Source: Brevibacillus gelatini (GTDB lineage: Bacteria > Bacillota > Bacilli > Brevibacillales > Brevibacillaceae). Taken from it: a stretch of DNA of 32,000 nt. The stretch is from contig NZ_RHHS01000047.1 of NCBI RefSeq assembly GCF_003710935.1, forward strand, positions 65,648 to 97,647, read 5' to 3'. Below, in pieces: positions 6,680-14,747 of the stretch. Below the pieces are notes generated by a model. It did not search any database and was not told the origin of the DNA. It saw only the letters and a list, made by a program, of their open reading frames with translations. The first letter of the stretch is position 1; the number at the start of each line of letters is the position of its first letter. The position numbers and the translations under genes are program-made.

Positions 6680-6770
6680 TTGACAACCGGACATTTTATG
6701 TTAGTATATATTACATAGCATGCATTCTCTCCACTTCCTAACTTCGACCCAGAAATGGGTCCTTTTTTTT
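6680..6770 (+). ncRNA. candidate small RNA unit D (promoter, roughly 57-nt transcript, terminator)
   Basis: TTGACA (6680-6685), 16 nt, TGtTAGTAT (6699-6707), i.e. an extended -10. A CU-rich stretch UUCUCUCCACUUCCUAACUU follows. The terminator is GACCCA-GAAA-TGGGTC (6746-6761), then C and T8 (6763-6770). No ORF is present. Confidence 0.4.
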
Positions 6771-6784
6771 GCCCGATACCATGC

Positions 6785-7009
6785 CTATTGCGGATAAGGC
6801 TTGCCCTCACCCTTGAACAGCTTGCGCACCATCTGGTACAGACGGCCCGACATGTTCGGGAACACGAACGAATACTGATCGGCTCCCTCTTTCAGCAAAG
6901 CGACAGGGGCTTCGATCGTGTAAGGAATTTTCATCAAGTCGAGCATCTTTTTGTACTCATCGACCATGGATTGATCGACTGTATAGTAAAACGATTTGGA
7001 TGGGTTCAT
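6785..7009 (-). CDS. hypothetical small protein
   Basis: The track ORF 6785..7030 lacks an SD. In-frame ATG 7009 lies 7 nt after GAAAAGGAG, giving a 74-aa product MNPSKSFYYTVDQSMVDEYKKMLDLMKIPYTIEAP... I recognise no family. Confidence 0.5.
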   Translation of the reverse strand: MNPSKSFYYTVDQSMVDEYKKMLDLMKIPYTIEAPVALLKEGADQYSFVFPNMSGRLYQMVRKLFKGEGKPYPQ

Positions 7010-7098
7010 TTGTGCACGCTCCTTTTCCATATTGTAGCATAGGGCATTATCAGATTGAACAAGACATAATGTTTATTATGTAAACTTAATAATCGTCT

Positions 7099-7138
7099 GA
7101 AAAAAACAAAAGCACTCTGCTGCCCGGCAAACAGAGTG
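7099..7138 (-). terminator. intrinsic terminator of the 7166-7366 gene
   Basis: CACTCTG (7113-7119) pairs with CAGAGTG (7132-7138). On the minus strand it is followed by CTTTTGTTTTTTT. Confidence 0.7.
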
Positions 7139-7165
7139 TTTTCGTACATAAAAGAGACGGAGCGC

Positions 7166-7366
7166 CTAGCTGCTGAAAAAACTCATGCTGGAGTGCTTCC
7201 GCTTGTAGTGGGACCTGCCGTAATGGGAGTGCCCATGTCCGTGACGATACCCGTGGTCTGAACTGTATCTTTTGCGATATTTGAGGTCGCTGCTGCTGTA
7301 TTTCCGGTATTTGCGGGAAGAAGTCGAGTGATTACCCAGTAAGTTTTTCCATAGCTTTTTTAACAT
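7166..7366 (-). CDS. small basic Ser/Tyr/His/Lys/Arg-rich protein, hypothetical
   Basis: MLKKLWKNLLGNHSTSSRKYRKYSSSDLKYRKRYSSDHGYRHGHGHSHYGRSHYKRKHSSMSFFSS. ATG 7366 lies 8 nt after GGAG in TTGGAGTG; GTG 7375 and ATG 7372 are in-frame alternatives. The gene has its own terminator. Confidence 0.5.
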   Translation of the reverse strand: MLKKLWKNLLGNHSTSSRKYRKYSSSDLKYRKRYSSDHGYRHGHGHSHYGRSHYKRKHSSMSFFSS

Positions 7367-7420
7367 CTCCATCACTCCAAGTCGTCATGTAGGGTCGGTT
7401 TATACTTTGAGTATACGAAT

Positions 7421-7540
7421 ATGCGGGACAATTGTTTCAGCTTCTTTCCGTTTTCCGGCAGATGGGGATCAGGCAAGACGACGCTGCTGAATTGGCTGAG
7501 CGGACTGGAGCGGCCGACTGCCGGAAAATGTGGAATTCAG
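7421..7540 (+). pseudogene. relic fragment of an ABC-transporter ATP-binding protein (Walker A region only)
   Basis: The translation contains FSGRWGSGKTTLLNWLSGLERPTAG, the P-loop (GxxGxGKT) plus the following helix pattern TLLNxLxGLxxPTxG of ABC ATPases. No Q-loop, LSGGQ signature or Walker B follows, and the frame degenerates into unrelated sequence that overlaps the next gene. Confidence 0.45.
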
Positions 7541-7649
7541 CCTGCGTCTGTCCGGTGTATCTTGAGAGAGCAGGGCTTGGCACGGAGGCAAAAGACTGGC
7601 AAAATGGAGGAAGAATCGATACCAGAACTGAGAAAAGCAGGAGGATTCC

Positions 7650-7895
7650 ATGAAAATCGCGCTACACCAGATCGCCTATCAGATCGGGATGCATCCGTCT
7701 GAGATGGCCAGGCTGGTCTACGAGGGAGAGATCACAGGCGAAGTGCCTGACCGCAATCCGCAAGCGAAGGATGCGTGGGTAGACCTTCATTCGTTGAAAA
7801 ATTTCATTGAATGGAAGTTCGATCAGGGAGCCTTCGACCAGATGTTTTTCGATAAAGCCATGCGCCATCTCAACAAAGCGATGGGGAAAAAATAA
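7650..7895 (+). CDS. hypothetical small protein with an N-terminal helix-turn-helix-like segment
   Basis: 81 aa with a strong SD (AGCAGGAGGA) 5 nt upstream of the ATG. The N-terminus IALHQIAYQIGMHPSEMARLVYEGEI resembles excisionase/MerR-type HTH. That assignment is by eye only. Confidence 0.55.
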   Translation: MKIALHQIAYQIGMHPSEMARLVYEGEITGEVPDRNPQAKDAWVDLHSLKNFIEWKFDQGAFDQMFFDKAMRHLNKAMGKK

Positions 7896-7925
7896 AGCGG
7901 TACGACAAGGGAGAGAACACAGATC

Positions 7926-8276
7926 ATGCAGCCATCCATCATTTACTGCCTGTGCCCGAAAGCCTATTGGGAAAAGTGGGCGGACAAAGACCATTACCTG
8001 CCCTGCGACTATGAGCAGGAAGGCTTCATTCACGCCACGAAAGGCGAAGAGCTGCTCAGCAAGGTGGCCGACCGGGTGTATGGCGCATTCGACGAAGAAT
8101 TGTACGTGCTCGTCGTGGATGAGACAAAATCGCCTTCTCCCGTGAAATACGAGCAGGCGAAGGACGGACTTTTTTATCCGCACATTTACGGGCCGCTCCA
8201 TCGCGAGGCGATCATGGATGTGAGACGCATGCTGAGAACAGACGGACGGTGGCATATCGGATCGTCCGTTTGCTGA
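7926..8276 (+). CDS. DUF952 domain protein
   Basis: 116 aa. It has WEKW...GFIHATKGEELLSKVADRVY...LYVLVVDE...FYPHIYGPLHREAI, the conserved DUF952 pattern (F-I-H-x-S/T ... F-P-H-I/L-Y-G-P-L). Confidence 0.8.
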   Translation: MQPSIIYCLCPKAYWEKWADKDHYLPCDYEQEGFIHATKGEELLSKVADRVYGAFDEELYVLVVDETKSPSPVKYEQAKDGLFYPHIYGPLHREAIMDVRRMLRTDGRWHIGSSVC

Positions 8277-8406
8277 TCCAAAGCCATGTGCAACCCCCGC
8301 TTTTGCCGAACCCCGATTTCTCCACCTGATCGTACATAATTCCTCCGCGAACGGAGCACAATGGTACAGGTAGGGAATCAAATTGGCAAAGGGAGGAGTG
8401 TTTTTC

Positions 8407-8628
8407 ATGGCAAAACCAGACGATCGTTCTGACAACGCAGCCAAGCTGCAAGAGATGCTGCAAAACACGGAAGAGAACATTCGCGAGTCAGAGGATTACC
8501 TGGCAGCACATGCGGGCGAGATTTCCGAAGAGGAACGGGCAAACATCGAGGCGAAAAACCGTCGCCGTGCAGAGAGCATCCAAGGGTTTCGCTCCGAGAT
8601 CAAAGACGAAGTTTCCCATACTGAATAA
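8407..8628 (+). CDS. tlp: small acid-soluble spore protein Tlp (thioredoxin-like protein)
   Basis: [32 protein letters not shown]...[27 protein letters not shown] aligns closely with Bacillus Tlp (PDDRSDNVEKLQ...NTIENI...[17 protein letters not shown]). ATG 8407 follows GGGAGGAG; the track start 8383 adds 8 unsupported codons. Confidence 0.85.
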   Translation: MAKPDDRSDNAAKLQEMLQNTEENIRESEDYLAAHAGEISEEERANIEAKNRRRAESIQGFRSEIKDEVSHTE

Positions 8629-8640
8629 CGTGTTCATCAG

Positions 8641-8673
8641 CGCCTGTCGCAGTCTGTTGCGGCAGGCGTTTTT
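8641..8673 (+). terminator. intrinsic terminator of tlp
   Basis: CGCCTG-T-CGCA pairs with TGCG-G-CAGGCG (8641-8668), followed by T5. Confidence 0.75.
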
Positions 8674-8749
8674 CGCATGTGGCCGCCAAAAGTGCAACAA
8701 GACATGAATTGTTGGGCGAAACATGGTAATCTGTAAATGGACAAATTGA

Positions 8750-9880
<1,131 letters not shown>

Positions 9881-9896
9881 ATAACGGGGGAAGCGT

Positions 9897-10232
9897 TTGG
9901 TGGATAAAGCGAAAAAGTCCAAAGTGATTATTGTTTCGTTTCTGGCGGTTGCGATCTTGATGGGGGTGCTCGCTTACATGGGGATGGCGGTCACGGGCAA
10001 TGAGCACATGGCCACGATCCAGAGCGTCATCGCGGAAAAAGGCGGCGTGATTGAAGCGGGCGGTGTGACAGTGGTTCCGCTGGAGGAAAGTCCGTTTGAG
10101 AAAAGCGGAAAGGGCAACACCATCTATCGCATCGTGTACACGAAGGATGGACAAACCTTGACAGCCTGGTATCGCTCCGACAACCATTCCTCGATTATCA
10201 AGGAACCGGAAGAGTGGATTCTTCCGCAATAA
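9897..10232 (+). CDS. membrane-anchored hypothetical protein
   Basis: 111 aa from a TTG start 7 nt after GGGGGA. It has an N-terminal TM anchor (VIIVSFLAVAILMGVLAYMGMAV) and a soluble beta-rich C-terminal domain. It lies 16 nt after mnmA, so it is probably co-transcribed. Confidence 0.55.
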   Translation: MVDKAKKSKVIIVSFLAVAILMGVLAYMGMAVTGNEHMATIQSVIAEKGGVIEAGGVTVVPLEESPFEKSGKGNTIYRIVYTKDGQTLTAWYRSDNHSSIIKEPEEWILPQ

Positions 10233-10273
10233 GCAGCAAGGATGAAATATGACTGGGAGAGTGAGGACAGTAC

Positions 10274-10786
10274 ATGACCCAATATGCTGGACTTCGAGAA
10301 TTGGCCCAACTGATTCGCAGACTGGAGCCGCAGCTCACAGGGGCGTCCCTGAGCATTTTGTCCCATGAAAATAAAGAAGAGATCGCTTCGCTTTTGCTGG
10401 AGGGACTTGGCGGCGGCGTCTCCGTTCAAAACAGCTCAGGCGAGTACGCCAACCATCTCGCGAATTTGCGCGTGGGAGCAAACAAGTACACGTTTGCCCA
10501 AGACTGGCGCGAAGTGTACATCAGCGAAATCAACTACTGCGCCTGTCGGATTCCTCCGGGCGCTCACGGTCTGCTGGTCCATCATACCGACTATCCAGGC
10601 GTCATTTACGACGTGTCCCGCAAGCTGGCTGACCACGAGATCAACATTTCCAAGCTGAATGTGTCGCGTGAGCAAAAGGGGAAAAACGCCCTGTTGATTT
10701 GCGTCACCGACGAGGAGATGACACCGGCGGTCGTAGCTGCCATCGAGGAGCTGCCGCAGATCAACAAGGTGCTGTCTCTGCAATAA
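10274..10786 (+). CDS. ACT-domain protein related to the C-terminal part of L-serine dehydratase beta subunit (SdaAB) but lacking its catalytic N-terminus
   Basis: GAHGLLVHHTDYPGVIYDVSRKLADHEINISKLNVSREQKGKNALLICVTDEEMTPAVVAAIEELPQINKVLSL parallels B. subtilis SdaAB (NHPAILVVHNDRYGTIAGVANVLAKFSINVGHMEVARKD...IEVDQNIDDHILDELSKLPNIIQVTKI). The N-terminal 90 aa has no GPSSSHTAG motif. Confidence 0.6.
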   Translation: MTQYAGLRELAQLIRRLEPQLTGASLSILSHENKEEIASLLLEGLGGGVSVQNSSGEYANHLANLRVGANKYTFAQDWREVYISEINYCACRIPPGAHGLLVHHTDYPGVIYDVSRKLADHEINISKLNVSREQKGKNALLICVTDEEMTPAVVAAIEELPQINKVLSLQ

Positions 10787-10813
10787 ACCAAAAAGAACAG
10801 GAATGCACGCATG

Positions 10814-10845
10814 ACCGCTCATCGTTTGCGTATGGGCGGTTTTTT
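10814..10845 (+). terminator. intrinsic terminator after the ACT-domain gene
   Basis: ACCGCTCAT (10814-10822) pairs with ATGGGCGGT (10832-10840), followed by T6. Confidence 0.75.
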
Positions 10846-10891
10846 GTGTGTGCCGACTGGCTTTCGTGCCTGTGGCCTGGAGCGAGGCAAA

Positions 10892-10918
10892 GAAAAAACT
10901 GCCCAGACTAGCGGGCAG
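10892..10918 (-). terminator. intrinsic terminator of the esterase gene
   Basis: The minus strand reads CTGCCC-GCTAGTCT-GGGCAG followed by TTTTTTCTTT. The stop codon lies in the loop. Confidence 0.7.
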
Positions 10919-11732
10919 GTGGCTTGGAAGCAAAGCGAATGGCGTGACTGATGAGGACGTGCAGGACAGAGGTGTGATTTTCGTCCGGAAACTGGCGGAA
11001 AGACGCTTCGATCTGCCCGTTGCCCATGGCGGACAACCGCTTGGCCATTGCCTGCGCCTTGACGTTGACAGCGAAGCGGCCGTCGTTTTCCAGCTCCCCG
11101 ACGGTGAGCAGCGCTCTGATGCGCATGTCGTCTGTGAGCAGGGACGGCAGGCGGCGTTCCTCTTCCGACAGGACGCTTTCGTTCCAGTGGATCGACGGGC
11201 TGCCGGCGATATAGCATTGGTACGCGTGCGGCCGGGTCAGCAAGGCGTGCAGCACGAGCAAGCCGCCGAGCGAATGTCCGAAAATCGTTTGCCGGGTGCG
11301 GTCGACGGGCAAGTCCTTTTCAATCGCGGGTTTCACCGTGTCGTCGATGAAGCTGAGGAAGCCTTCTGCCCCGCCCATTTCCGGCCATTCGCCGCCGCGC
11401 GGATGAGCGGGCAGCTCGGATGCGGGCACGACATGGGTGAAGTCGTAGTAGCGCGAGGGGTGAAACGGCGCTTCTGTCGGATAGCCGATGCCAACGACGA
11501 TTGCGGGATACACCCCCGTTTTTTCAGGCGCCTGGCTTTGCAGGCGGATCGCTTCGGTCATCGTGCCAAAAACCGAGTTGGCATCCAGCACATAGATGAC
11601 CGGGAAGCCGGATGGCGGCGGTGTCACGTCAGGGATGCTGACAAAAATGTGAAACGTGCGATCATCGTAGGTCATTTTGCGGATTTGCGAACGAGGAATC
11701 GTTACTGCTTCATAAACCGTGTCCTCCAACAT
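10908..11732 (-). CDS. alpha/beta-hydrolase 'putative esterase' family protein (IroE/BesA-like siderophore-esterase type)
   Basis: 274 aa. It has FPVIYVLDANSVFGT, the nucleophile elbow FGHSLGGL, and overall similarity to the PF00756-type esterases that include ferri-siderophore esterases. The substrate is not inferable from sequence. Confidence 0.7.
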   Translation of the reverse strand: MLEDTVYEAVTIPRSQIRKMTYDDRTFHIFVSIPDVTPPPSGFPVIYVLDANSVFGTMTEAIRLQSQAPEKTGVYPAIVVGIGYPTEAPFHPSRYYDFTHVVPASELPAHPRGGEWPEMGGAEGFLSFIDDTVKPAIEKDLPVDRTRQTIFGHSLGGLLVLHALLTRPHAYQCYIAGSPSIHWNESVLSEEERRLPSLLTDDMRIRALLTVGELENDGRFAVNVKAQAMAKRLSAMGNGQIEASFRQFPDENHTSVLHVLISHAIRFASKPPAR

Positions 11733-11859
11733 GAATCACTCTCCAGTCGGCCGATGGCGTCAACTTTTTGCATACGAAATCTATTATAGGAATGCAATCC
11801 AGAGAATGGCAACAGAGAAATGAGAGAGATTATCAGTGCCAAAATAGAACATGCTGACC

Positions 11860-11888
11860 TTGACTACTACGATATATTGAGGTAAAGT
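11860..11888 (+). promoter_or_regulatory. putative sigma-A promoter of the nrd operon
   Basis: TTGACT (11860-11865), 17 nt, TAAAGT (11883-11888). Confidence 0.4.
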
Positions 11889-11897
11889 AAGTTTTGC

Positions 11898-11955
11898 CAA
11901 CTACATATTGATGCGGACAGGTGTTTGCCACGCAATATCACGCAATATTTGGTAG
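11898..11955 (+). promoter_or_regulatory. NrdR-box-like sites including a perfect tandem 10-bp repeat
   Basis: CAACTACATATTGATG (11898-11913) and ACGCAATATTTGGTAG (11940-11955) each match the core of the NrdR box as I recall it (acaCwAtATaTwGtgt). CACGCAATAT is duplicated in tandem (11929-11938 and 11939-11948), which creates a third overlapping candidate at 11930-11945. Confidence 0.35.
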
Positions 11956-12115
11956 ACATAATAGGGAAGTCGGTGAAAATCCGGCGCGGTTCCCGCCACT
12001 GTAAGGAGCGAGTTCCATTTTGTGTTTGCGCCACTGATCCAACAAATCGGGAAGGCGAAAATGGAGCGATGACCCCGAGCCAGGAGACCTGCCTGACCGC
12101 AAGCACTGTGTAACC
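11950..12115 (+). promoter_or_regulatory. cobalamin (AdoCbl/B12) riboswitch aptamer
   Basis: Hallmark strings occur in the correct order: AGGGAAGTCGGTGAAAATCCGGCGCGGTTCCCGCCACTGTAAGG (the B12 box GCCACTG lies at 11995-12001), then GCCACTGATCC...GGGAAGGCG, then CCGAGCCAGGAGACCTGCC. The 5' boundary is approximate. Confidence 0.85.
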
Positions 12116-12186
12116 TACGGGACATAGGGAAGTGTTCGAACGCTCCATTCGTCTTGGGACGAATGGATACGATGGGGATCATCATG

Positions 12187-12219
12187 CGCATTCGGCCTTT
12201 TGACGTCGGATGCGTTTTT
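12187..12219 (+). terminator. riboswitch expression-platform terminator
   Basis: CGCATTCGGC (12187-12196) pairs with GTCGGATGCG (12205-12214), 10 bp with two G-U pairs, followed by T5. It lies 35-45 nt upstream of the nrdI start. Confidence 0.6.
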
Positions 12220-12262
12220 ACTTTGGTTGAAAAGTATACAAAAGCAGTAAAGGATGAGGGAC

Positions 12263-12622
12263 ATGTTAATCGCTTTTGACTCCAAAACAGGAAACGTCAG
12301 AAGATTCGTCAGCAAGCTGGGGCTACCTCACGTGGAGATTGAACCCGAGATGGTGATCGAAGAGCCGTTCGTTCTGGTTACATATACGACGGGCTTTGGC
12401 CAGGTGCCGGAAAAGGTGGAGCGTTTCCTCAAGCGGAATCATGTCTATTTGCGCGGCGTGTCGGCCAGCGGCAACCGCAACTGGGGAGCCAGCTTTGCCA
12501 AAAGCGCAGACACGATTGCCAGCCAATATGGCGTTCCGGTCATTTCCAAATTCGAACTGTCCGGTACCGGCCGTGACGTGGAACAATTTACGAGTGGGGT
12601 GGCAGCAATTGCGACACATTGA
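12263..12622 (+). CDS. nrdI: class Ib ribonucleotide reductase flavodoxin-like protein NrdI
   Basis: MLIAFDSKTGNVRRFVSKLG...PFVLVTYTTGFGQVPEKV...VSASGNRNWGASFAKSADTIASQYGVPVISKFELSGT matches NrdI throughout. ATG 12263 lies behind GGATGAGGG; ATG 12254 is an in-frame alternative. Confidence 0.9.
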   Translation: MLIAFDSKTGNVRRFVSKLGLPHVEIEPEMVIEEPFVLVTYTTGFGQVPEKVERFLKRNHVYLRGVSASGNRNWGASFAKSADTIASQYGVPVISKFELSGTGRDVEQFTSGVAAIATH

Positions 12623-14693
12623 ATTGAACAACCAACTGATGCAGCGAGGAAGCGACGGATTTTACCAACTGGAAAAGGACAGAGAGGCTGTCGCGGTCTT
12701 CATGGAAGAAGTACAGGCCAAGACAATGACCTTCAACAGTGTGAAAGAACGCATGGACTACTTGATCGAAAACGACTACTACGAAAATGTGTACGAAAAA
12801 TACACCGTGGAACAGGTCGATGAAATTTTCCGCCTGGCGCATGGGGCCGGGTTTCAATTCGCTTCCTACATGGCCATCTCCAAGTTTTACAAAGACTACG
12901 CCCTGAAAACGAACGACAAATCGATGTATCTGGAGCAGTACCCGGATCGGGTGGCGATTGTGGCACTCTCGCTCGGACGCGGTGACTTCGAGCTGGCGAA
13001 GCGGCTGACGGTATCCATGATCGAGCAGCGTCTGCAGCCTGCGACCCCGACGTTCCTCAATGCGGGAAAAAGCCGCCGCGGCGAAATGGTTTCCTGCTTC
13101 CTGCTGGAGATGGACGACTCGCTGAATTCGATCAACTACGTGCTCGGCACTTGTATGCAGCTGTCCAAAATCGGCGGCGGCGTGGCTGTCAACCTGTCCA
13201 AGCTGCGCGGACGCGGCGAGCCGATCAAAGGGGTCGAGGGGGCAGCCAAGGGCGTCATGCCTGTGCTCAAGCTGCTGGAGGATGCGTTTTCCTACGCCGA
13301 TCAGATGGGCCAGCGCAAAGGCTCCGGGGCCGCCTACTACAACATCTTCGGCTGGGACGTCAACGAGTTTCTCGACTGCAAAAAGATCAATGCCGATGAA
13401 AAGTCGCGGATCAAGACGCTGTCAATCGGCCTGATCGTACCGAATGTGTTTTACAAGCTCGCAGAGGAAAACAAGCCGCTGACAGTGTTCGCTCCTTACT
13501 CCGTTTACAAGGAATACGGCATCCATCTGGATGATCTGGATCTCGACGAAATGTACGACGAGCTGGTGGCAAACGAGCGCGTCAAGAAAAGAGTCGTCAT
13601 GAGCGCCCGCGACATGCTCACCAAAATCGCGATGATCCAGATGGAATCGGGCTACCCGTACATCATGAACAAGACGAACGCGAACAAAAATCACGCGCTA
13701 AAAGACATCGGCTCCGTGAAAATGTCCAACCTGTGCACGGAAATTTTCCAGCTCCAGGAGACGTCCACGATTACCAACTACGGCGAGCCGGACATCATCC
13801 GCCGCGACATTAGCTGCAATCTGGCTTCGCTCAACATCGTCAACGTGATGGAGCACAAAAAAGTGCGCGAATCCGTGCGGGAAGGCATCGAGGCGATTAC
13901 CGCCGTAAGCGATATGACCCGCGTGGAAAATGCGCCAGGCGTGCAAAAGGCGAACCGCGAGCTGCATTCCGTCGGGCTGGGTGCGATGAACCTCAACGGC
14001 TACCTGGCGAAAAACAAGATCGCCTACGAGAGCGAGGAAGCCAAAGACTTCGCCCGCACGTTTTTCATGATGATGAACTACTATTCGCTGGAAATGAGCA
14101 TGGAGATCGCCCAGACCAAAGGGGAAACGTTCATGGGCTTCGAGCAGTCGGAGTACGCCAAAGGCACGTATTTTGACAAATACTTGACGAACGACTACCG
14201 TCCGCGCACGGAAAAAGGCAAGCAACTGTTCGCGGGCATGCACATTCCGACCCCGGACGATTGGGCCGCGCTCAAGCAAAAGGTGCAGAAGAACGGGCTG
14301 TATCACGCGTACCGTCTGGCGATTGCGCCGACACAGAGCATTTCCTACATTCAGAATGCGACATCGAGCGTGATGCCGGTCGTCGAACATATCGAGACAA
14401 GAACGTATGCGAACTCGACAACCTACTACCCGATGCCGTACATGTCGCAGGAAAACTATTTTTACTACAAATCTGCCTATGTGATCGACCAGTTCAAGGT
14501 GATCGATTTGATCGCAGAAATTCAGGAGCATGTAGACCAAGGGATTTCTACCGTACTGCACGTCAACAGTAACATCTCGACCAGAGAGCTGGCGCGCTAC
14601 TACATATACGCGGCGAAAAAAGGCTTGAAATCGCTCTACTACACACGTACCAAGCATCTGACAGTGGAAGAGTGCATTAGCTGCGCTGTTTAA
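12594..14693 (+). CDS. nrdE: class Ib ribonucleoside-diphosphate reductase alpha subunit NrdE
   Basis: Near-collinear with B. subtilis NrdE from WQQLRHIELNNQLM to the C-terminal YYTRTKHLTVEECISCAV redox tail. The track ORF start 12396 is an out-of-frame read-through of nrdI. The likely start is GTG 12594, or TTG 12609 behind GGGGTGG, overlapping the nrdI end. Confidence 0.93.
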   Translation: MGWQQLRHIELNNQLMQRGSDGFYQLEKDREAVAVFMEEVQAKTMTFNSVKERMDYLIENDYYENVYEKYTVEQVDEIFRLAHGAGFQFASYMAISKFYKDYALKTNDKSMYLEQYPDRVAIVALSLGRGDFELAKRLTVSMIEQRLQPATPTFLNAGKSRRGEMVSCFLLEMDDSLNSINYVLGTCMQLSKIGGGVAVNLSKLRGRGEPIKGVEGAAKGVMPVLKLLEDAFSYADQMGQRKGSGAAYYNIFGWDVNEFLDCKKINADEKSRIKTLSIGLIVPNVFYKLAEENKPLTVFAPYSVYKEYGIHLDDLDLDEMYDELVANERVKKRVVMSARDMLTKIAMIQMESGYPYIMNKTNANKNHALKDIGSVKMSNLCTEIFQLQETSTITNYGEPDIIRRDISCNLASLNIVNVMEHKKVRESVREGIEAITAVSDMTRVENAPGVQKANRELHSVGLGAMNLNGYLAKNKIAYESEEAKDFARTFFMMMNYYSLEMSMEIAQTKGETFMGFEQSEYAKGTYFDKYLTNDYRPRTEKGKQLFAGMHIPTPDDWAALKQKVQKNGLYHAYRLAIAPTQSISYIQNATSSVMPVVEHIETRTYANSTTYYPMPYMSQENYFYYKSAYVIDQFKVIDLIAEIQEHVDQGISTVLHVNSNISTRELARYYIYAAKKGLKSLYYTRTKHLTVEECISCAV

Positions 14694-14747
14694 TGCGAGT
14701 GAACGATTCTGAGTAAGACAAGTTTTTTCAGAGAAGAGGAACGCCCG

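Noticed and set aside
8330-8365. An attempt to find a forespore (sigma-G/sigma-F) promoter upstream of tlp.
   Set aside because: The candidate -35 (ACATAA) and -10 strings do not fit GnATR / CATnnTA with correct spacing, so I cannot support a call from sequence alone.
12396-12593. N-terminal 66 codons of the track nrdE ORF.
   Set aside because: This stretch overlaps nrdI in another frame and has no similarity to NrdE. Homology to NrdE begins at about 12600 (WQQLRHIELNN).
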